Shown: positions 56,748 to 61,963 of the stretch, piece after piece
Position numbering within the stretch: position 1 is the first letter of the stretch
Layout: every line of letters begins with the position of its first letter
Source of the DNA: a virus
Taxonomy: Duplodnaviria; Caudoviricetes
IMG/VR virus record: IMGVR_UViG_3300036790_000395
Coordinates: 1 to 61,963 of that record
Length of the DNA: 61,963 nt
Direction: 5' to 3' (one strand)
Notes under the pieces: generated by a model
Database searches by the model: none
The model's input: only the letters and a program-made list of their open reading frames with translations
What the model was told of the DNA's origin: nothing
Program-made: the position numbers and the translations under genes

Positions 56748-58757
56748 ATGGCGGGAGCGTTTGAAGGCTACATGGATGGCGTCTCCAGGAATATCCTGCA
56801 GGCGAAGCAGCAGGCCCATGAAGACGAGATGGAACATCTGCACTCGCAGATGGCGATATTCTCGAAGCTATCGCAAGACAAGGATATACAAAACGACCCG
56901 AATGCGCGTGCCCATCTGATGGATCTGATGCTGCACAATGCACAGGGCGGTTTGTGGAAGGCTAAGCAGAAGCGCGATCAGCAAGTTCAGAAGGACGGGA
57001 ACCCTGGACACTTCCATATCCTCGGGCACATGCTTGCGACCTTGGGCGGCGGACTCGGCAAGGGATCAGGCGGCGGCATCGGGCCGAGGCAGTTAGCCGA
57101 TTCGGATATGGGATTTACCGGCGCGAACAATCTGACCAGCAGCAGCCCACAACAGGCGGACATTAAAGACGGCCAGCTCGTAACACGTGGGACGGGTGCT
57201 GAGCGGTCGCTGGCAGTGCCGGGTCAGGGAGTGTATGGCGCGTTCAAAACGCCCGAGCAGCGGCAGCAACTCGACGAAAAGCTGCAGGATGTTGCTTCGC
57301 AGCGCCAGTCAGCGCGCGATCAGACGCAGCAAACAGCGCAGCTCAAGCAGAAGGACGATTGGGTAGATAGTCAGGTATCGAGCGGCGCGTTGACGCAGGA
57401 GGAAGGCGCGCGTTACAAGGCCGAGGCACGCGGGTTGAAGCCGCAGACACTATCGGCTAGTATGCTGCCGAAGCTCGGTTGGGCTAAGGTGTCAGGGCAA
57501 GACAAGATCGTTCCGGGACGGGTCGATCCGATGACCGGCGCGTTCACGACGTTAACAGGCAAGGTGCTCGACGCGAGCACTATCGAGAACGTCGGCACCG
57601 GCAAAGCGCCGACCGTGCAGGACTATCGAGGGATGCTCGGGCAGTTGAAACAGGCTCAAGAGATCCTGGCGAACCCGGATGCTCCGGTGACGCAGAAGAC
57701 GGCTGCGCAGGAGTTCGTAGATAACTGGAATGCGCAGATCTACAGCAGGCAGGTGTCAGCAGCGCGCGGCGGCCAGCAAATGAATGTCACCACGCAGGAG
57801 TCGGGCGTCGGTCCTGGTGGAGCCGGGCCGAGCGCAGGACGGTATAACGCACCTGCTACGCCGAGCGCAGGGGCGAGCGCGGGAGCCGCTTCTAATGTCA
57901 CACCCATAAGGCCGAGCCGGGCCTCTGCAGGGATGCCAGCGCCCGGCAGAGCATCGGCACCAGCAGGCGGCGCGAAGCCAGCGCAGGCCGCGTCTGCAGC
58001 GGGTAAGGGGCCTTATCCGACCGGCAGAAGTCCGCAGGAGCTATCGCAGCTCGCGAGCAGCAATCCGTTAGTAGGCCGGTCTATCGATACGTTTCTTGGC
58101 ACACTAGCAAGCCGGGCGAGCGGAGCGTCGGCTATCGGGTTAGAGAAGGGGTTGGACATCCTCAGCAACTACACCGGCATCAACCGGCAGGAGTTGAGCG
58201 AAGAGAAGACCGAGCGCGACTCGACCAAGAAGGCGGTCGATATCGACGTAGCGCGACGCAACGGGTATGAAGGCGCGGCGAGTCAGGTCGAAGCGATGGG
58301 CAAGGTCGTGCAGGACGTGCGCAAGAAGGTTGGCAGCAACCCGGTGCTTATTCAGAAGGCCATCAACAATTTCAACAATAATGTTTGGAGTGATCCGAGC
58401 ACGGCTGCACTGCAGACGGCGATACAAGGTTGGGTCAGCTCCTACTCGCGCGCCATCTCGGGCGGTGTGATGAGCAAGGCGCAGACGCAGGTATCGGCAC
58501 TCGAAGCTGCTGAGAAGATCATGACGGCGCAGATGACGGCCCCGACGATTGACGCGGTGATCGATCAAGGGAAAAAGGAGTTAGAGGCCGAACGGCAATC
58601 GATAGACGGAAATCTCAACGCGCGGCGTAAACAGCTCGCCGGGCCTATCGGGTCGTTCGTACATCCTGAATGGTTCGAGAAGAAGAAGACAACGACGCCA
58701 GGGTTCACCGGCACGCCGAAAACTGCCGATGAATTCTTGAAGAAACACGCGAGCTAG
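56748..58757 (+). CDS. Putative DNA ejection protein
   Basis: Long low-complexity helical protein; position. Confidence 0.6.
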   Translation: MAGAFEGYMDGVSRNILQAKQQAHEDEMEHLHSQMAIFSKLSQDKDIQNDPNARAHLMDLMLHNAQGGLWKAKQKRDQQVQKDGNPGHFHILGHMLATLGGGLGKGSGGGIGPRQLADSDMGFTGANNLTSSSPQQADIKDGQLVTRGTGAERSLAVPGQGVYGAFKTPEQRQQLDEKLQDVASQRQSARDQTQQTAQLKQKDDWVDSQVSSGALTQEEGARYKAEARGLKPQTLSASMLPKLGWAKVSGQDKIVPGRVDPMTGAFTTLTGKVLDASTIENVGTGKAPTVQDYRGMLGQLKQAQEILANPDAPVTQKTAAQEFVDNWNAQIYSRQVSAARGGQQMNVTTQESGVGPGGAGPSAGRYNAPATPSAGASAGAASNVTPIRPSRASAGMPAPGRASAPAGGAKPAQAASAAGKGPYPTGRSPQELSQLASSNPLVGRSIDTFLGTLASRASGASAIGLEKGLDILSNYTGINRQELSEEKTERDSTKKAVDIDVARRNGYEGAASQVEAMGKVVQDVRKKVGSNPVLIQKAINNFNNNVWSDPSTAALQTAIQGWVSSYSRAISGGVMSKAQTQVSALEAAEKIMTAQMTAPTIDAVIDQGKKELEAERQSIDGNLNARRKQLAGPIGSFVHPEWFEKKKTTTPGFTGTPKTADEFLKKHAS

Positions 58758-58761
58758 ATCC

Positions 58762-61059
58762 ATGCCGATGACCATTGACGAAGCGACCTCGCAGCAGGAC
58801 TTCTACCGGCTGCCGCGCGATGAGCAGGCGAAGGTGCTCGGGTCCATCGAGCCGGACTTCAACGGCCTAGCGCCTATCGAGCAGAACAAGGTGCTCGGCA
58901 AGTATCACCTGAAGTTCATGCAGGGGCAGAAAGCGCCGACCGGCGACAGCGGCGATAGTGTGCCGGGCGTCGGCGGTCAAATCATGGAAGGTTTAGAGGG
59001 CTTGGGCGGGGCCGTCATAGGAGCGGTCGAGGGCATCCCTACGCAATTGCGCCAAATGGCCGTGATGGCTGATTACGCTGCGCCCCCTGAAGAGAAGATG
59101 CGCGTCGTACATGAGGTCATGGATCAGCCAACCGAGGAGGGTAAGAAAGCAATCGCCGCGTTCCAGCAGGGCAAGTACCTCTCGGCGGGTAAGCACGCAA
59201 TCGGAGCGGTGCCGGTATTTGGCGCGCCTGCCGAAGACATCATCGACGATGCGCGGAGCGGTCATGCGGGGCGGGCAATAGGCAAGACGCTTGGTCTCGC
59301 AGCGCCGATTGTCTTACGCGAGGAGATCGGAGCGGGCGCGAGCAAAGCTGGCGGCGTCGCAGCGGATGCTGGCAAGGCGTTCTTCAAGAAGGATTTCGAA
59401 GTCGCGTCGAGCAAGGCATGGGGCTTCACGCCGAGTCAAGAGGAGATGGGCGCGCAGAGCGAAGACGCGGCAGCCTATATCAAGGAGACCAACGGCGGTA
59501 AGAGAATCACCACCAACAAAGAGCACATCGCGGCGGCGCAGAAAGCTAACAAGCGGCTGACGGATCTCTACGATAGCTGGATGCAGAGCGCCAAAAAGCG
59601 CGGCGCGGTGATCGACGGCAATCAAGTACTCAAGGCTACTTGGGACGCGCTCCCCGACACGGTGAAGAGCGGCGAACCGGCGAAGGCGAAGGTCGTCATG
59701 CAACGGGCGCGGCGGCTGTTTGCCGATAAGAAGCTGACGCCCGAGCAAGCCGACCAGTACCGGCGCGAGCTGACGAGCGATCTGAAGGGCTTCTACGACG
59801 CGACGACCGGCAAGCAATTGTCGGTGATGAATGGCACCTCGTATCAAAGTGTGGTGTTGGCGCAGCGGGATGCACTCGCGAATGGCCTCTATGAAGCGCT
59901 CGATCCGGTCAACGGCGGCACGGGGCCACGCAACATCCGGCAGATGCAGAAGAGTGTTATCGATCTGCTCGACGCGGGCCGGAAGCGAACAACGATGGCG
60001 GCGGCCAGCAAGCCGGTTAGTAAAGCGGCGGCTGCTCCTGGAATAGCAGTGAACGCAGTGAAGTCTGTAGCAGCGCCCGGCTTTGGCATCATGCGCGGGG
60101 CGGATCTGCTCAACCCGCGAACGCTATTCGCCGGTTCGGTAGACCCGTGGGTGCGGAAAGCGTATGAGGCGGCCGGCAAGCCGAAAGCTACTCTGAGCGG
60201 GCCGCCGTCGTTTACGCCAAGAGCATTATTGGGTAAGGCGTCTGTGATCACGCCGCCGCCAGCCGACACCAGCGGGCCGGTGCCGGGCAGAACGCAGCCG
60301 GAATGGACGCAGCCGCAGTCGAAGAGATTGCTAGGACCGGCGCGCGGCAAGCTAGTAACACCTCCGAGCGGCCAGCCGATTGTGACGGAGCCGCCGCCAG
60401 GGAGCTATCCGGTCTCGGGGCCGCTGCCAAGACAGTATCCACGCGGCAGCGGAGTGAACCGGCTGTTAGGGGAGCCGACACAGGTACAGCAGCCGGGCTT
60501 CGCGGTGCAGGATATGCATCCTATCACTGACCCGGTGACAGGCAAGATCACTCACGTTACCGAAGATTGGAAACGAGGGCAGATCCCGGCAAGCGAAGCG
60601 CTGAAGAAACACAGTCAAGACTTCAACGCGAAGCCGGGTAGCAAAATCACCACTCCGCAGTTTCGCGCAATGGAAAGTCTTCGCTCGGGCGGCCCCGTCG
60701 ATCTCGGCCCACGAGGCCCGGTGTACCATGCCTATCGAGGGAAGCCTGCCGAAGCGATCTCATTTCTGCAGCGCGCTAAGAAAGGTACCGTACCGGGCGC
60801 GTTCTACAACCCGGAGGTTGGCGAGATCGATCTGCCGTGGGGCAATCGAGAAGCAGGGCTGAGGCATATCATCGATAAGCATGTACGCGGGCAGAAAGAT
60901 CTCAAACTTGCGGATCTTCCAGAACAGATGGCGAATATGAAAGTCCTCAAACGGGAAACGGATCGTGTCCTCCTCGGCAGCTCGACGCACAGAGGGGTCG
61001 TGAGGCTCGACTTCAACGCAGAGACGAATCGCTGGCTACTGACCGCGTTCGAAAAATGA
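58762..61059 (+). CDS. Putative ejection protein with C-terminal barnase/ColE5/RelE-like (PBECR-type) domain
   Basis: C-terminus GEIDLPWGNREAGLRHIIDKH...RWLLTAF. Confidence 0.65.
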   Translation: MPMTIDEATSQQDFYRLPRDEQAKVLGSIEPDFNGLAPIEQNKVLGKYHLKFMQGQKAPTGDSGDSVPGVGGQIMEGLEGLGGAVIGAVEGIPTQLRQMAVMADYAAPPEEKMRVVHEVMDQPTEEGKKAIAAFQQGKYLSAGKHAIGAVPVFGAPAEDIIDDARSGHAGRAIGKTLGLAAPIVLREEIGAGASKAGGVAADAGKAFFKKDFEVASSKAWGFTPSQEEMGAQSEDAAAYIKETNGGKRITTNKEHIAAAQKANKRLTDLYDSWMQSAKKRGAVIDGNQVLKATWDALPDTVKSGEPAKAKVVMQRARRLFADKKLTPEQADQYRRELTSDLKGFYDATTGKQLSVMNGTSYQSVVLAQRDALANGLYEALDPVNGGTGPRNIRQMQKSVIDLLDAGRKRTTMAAASKPVSKAAAAPGIAVNAVKSVAAPGFGIMRGADLLNPRTLFAGSVDPWVRKAYEAAGKPKATLSGPPSFTPRALLGKASVITPPPADTSGPVPGRTQPEWTQPQSKRLLGPARGKLVTPPSGQPIVTEPPPGSYPVSGPLPRQYPRGSGVNRLLGEPTQVQQPGFAVQDMHPITDPVTGKITHVTEDWKRGQIPASEALKKHSQDFNAKPGSKITTPQFRAMESLRSGGPVDLGPRGPVYHAYRGKPAEAISFLQRAKKGTVPGAFYNPEVGEIDLPWGNREAGLRHIIDKHVRGQKDLKLADLPEQMANMKVLKRETDRVLLGSSTHRGVVRLDFNAETNRWLLTAFEK

Positions 61060-61198
61060 CTAATAGACTACCTATCGAGCGGTGTTCCCCCAGTGCCCGA
61101 ATCTTGAGTTTTGCCCAAGTGATGCCACGGACAATCCGACATCAGGTAGTCTACATTCCAATCATAAGCATTCCGCGCGTGCAACGGGTACTGGTACG

Positions 61199-61666
61199 TT
61201 AATCGAACTCGATGAAGCGGGCATCGACGTAAGGCTTCGACTCCTTATACGACGCCTTGATGACCTCCGGGTCCACGCCGTTCTCGATCAGCATCCCTTT
61301 GTTGAGCGACGACCGGGTGCGCTCGCCCGAATACTGCAGGCCGAATTTACCGAAGCGCATGCCGGGCAGCGACCAGTCGCGCGCGATCCCGGAGAGCTGC
61401 TGCTTGATCTCGACGAGGCGCTCGGCGGTCTCGTCCTGCCGCTCGGTTAGTTCGTGCGCTTCTTCGAGAAGCTCTTTCGTGAGATCCATCGTCGGCTGAT
61501 CGTCGATGACAGAGATAAGAGGCAGGTGCGAATTCTCCGCAAGGTAGCGGCGTTTGCGAGGTCCGCCTTCCTCCTCTTCTTCATCGCCGGGCGGTACAGG
61601 TCGCGCAGATTGTACAGGCTTCTTCGGTGGTTTGGGTTCATCTCGCTTCATTGCAGGTTTCGGCAT
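61199..61666 (-). CDS. Hypothetical protein
   Basis: Follows the polymerase stop by 3 nt; coiled coil, RTRSSLNKGMLIENGV. Confidence 0.65.
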   Translation of the reverse strand: MPKPAMKRDEPKPPKKPVQSARPVPPGDEEEEEGGPRKRRYLAENSHLPLISVIDDQPTMDLTKELLEEAHELTERQDETAERLVEIKQQLSGIARDWSLPGMRFGKFGLQYSGERTRSSLNKGMLIENGVDPEVIKASYKESKPYVDARFIEFD

Positions 61667-61669
61667 CGT

Positions 61670-61963
61670 TCATCCTTTTTGCCATCTCTCTAGAATCTCT
61701 CCGTCTGATTTCACCGGCACGCGAAACAGGCGTTCGCCGGTCGCTTCATCGTCCATAACAGTCGAGAAGCGATGCGTCATAATGTCGCGGATATCATCCG
61801 CTGAATCTTCATCGGCCTCGACCATGAGCTGATCGTGGATCGTCAGCAGCGGCCACACCCACGCGCCCGCGCCATCGGAATAGACGTTCGTGAAGTCCTC
61901 CTCCAGCGCGCCCATCACTAGCTTGGTCTGTCCGGCGCTGGTGGATTGGATAGGCATATTTCC
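61670..61963 (-). CDS. polA: C-terminal part of the family A DNA polymerase
   Basis: PIQSTSAG, motif C LLTIHDQL, FRVPVKSDG...W; in frame with 1-1833 across the repeat. Confidence 0.92.
   Translation of the reverse strand, partial: GNMPIQSTSAGQTKLVMGALEEDFTNVYSDGAGAWVWPLLTIHDQLMVEADEDSADDIRDIMTHRFSTVMDDEATGERLFRVPVKSDGEILERWQKG
61868..61963. repeat. Terminal direct repeat, right copy
   Basis: Matches 1-96 with one mismatch. Confidence 0.95.

Overview
The window is a complete, circular, ~61.87 kb GC-rich temperate tailed phage genome. Positions 1-96 repeat at 61868-61963 with one mismatch, and an intact tRNA-His-type attP sits beside a tyrosine integrase. A minus-strand replication/recombination arm (~1-24 kb plus 61.2-62 kb) encodes a split family-A DNA polymerase. 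Its UDG plus 3'-5' exonuclease part is one gene, and an intein-containing polymerase gene crosses the contig junction and is missing from the ORF track. The arm also encodes an ERCC4 nuclease, Sak4-like ATPase, PD-(D/E)xK nuclease, DinG helicase, AAA+ helicase, ParB-like protein and a second tyrosine recombinase. A plus-strand podovirus-like virion arm (34-61 kb) encodes terminase, GH73 lysin, portal, scaffold, capsid, adaptors, nozzle and ejection proteins. Main discoveries: (1) a stand-alone Cas7/RAMP-like gene followed directly by a multi-unit array of 5-nt-periodic GGN-NN repeats, a candidate RNA-guided system (VIPR-like); (2) 19 copies of the 13-bp palindrome TGTAGA(C/G)TCTACA across the genome, resembling KorB operators, in a phage encoding a ParB/KorB-like protein; (3) three type I hammerhead ribozymes plus a relic that punctuate a small-gene operon at its ribosome-binding sites; (4) 22 same-strand copies of TAGTGC in 2.8 kb; (5) an intein with an out-of-frame endonuclease-like remnant. 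All family assignments are by-eye motif recognition; no database searches were run.
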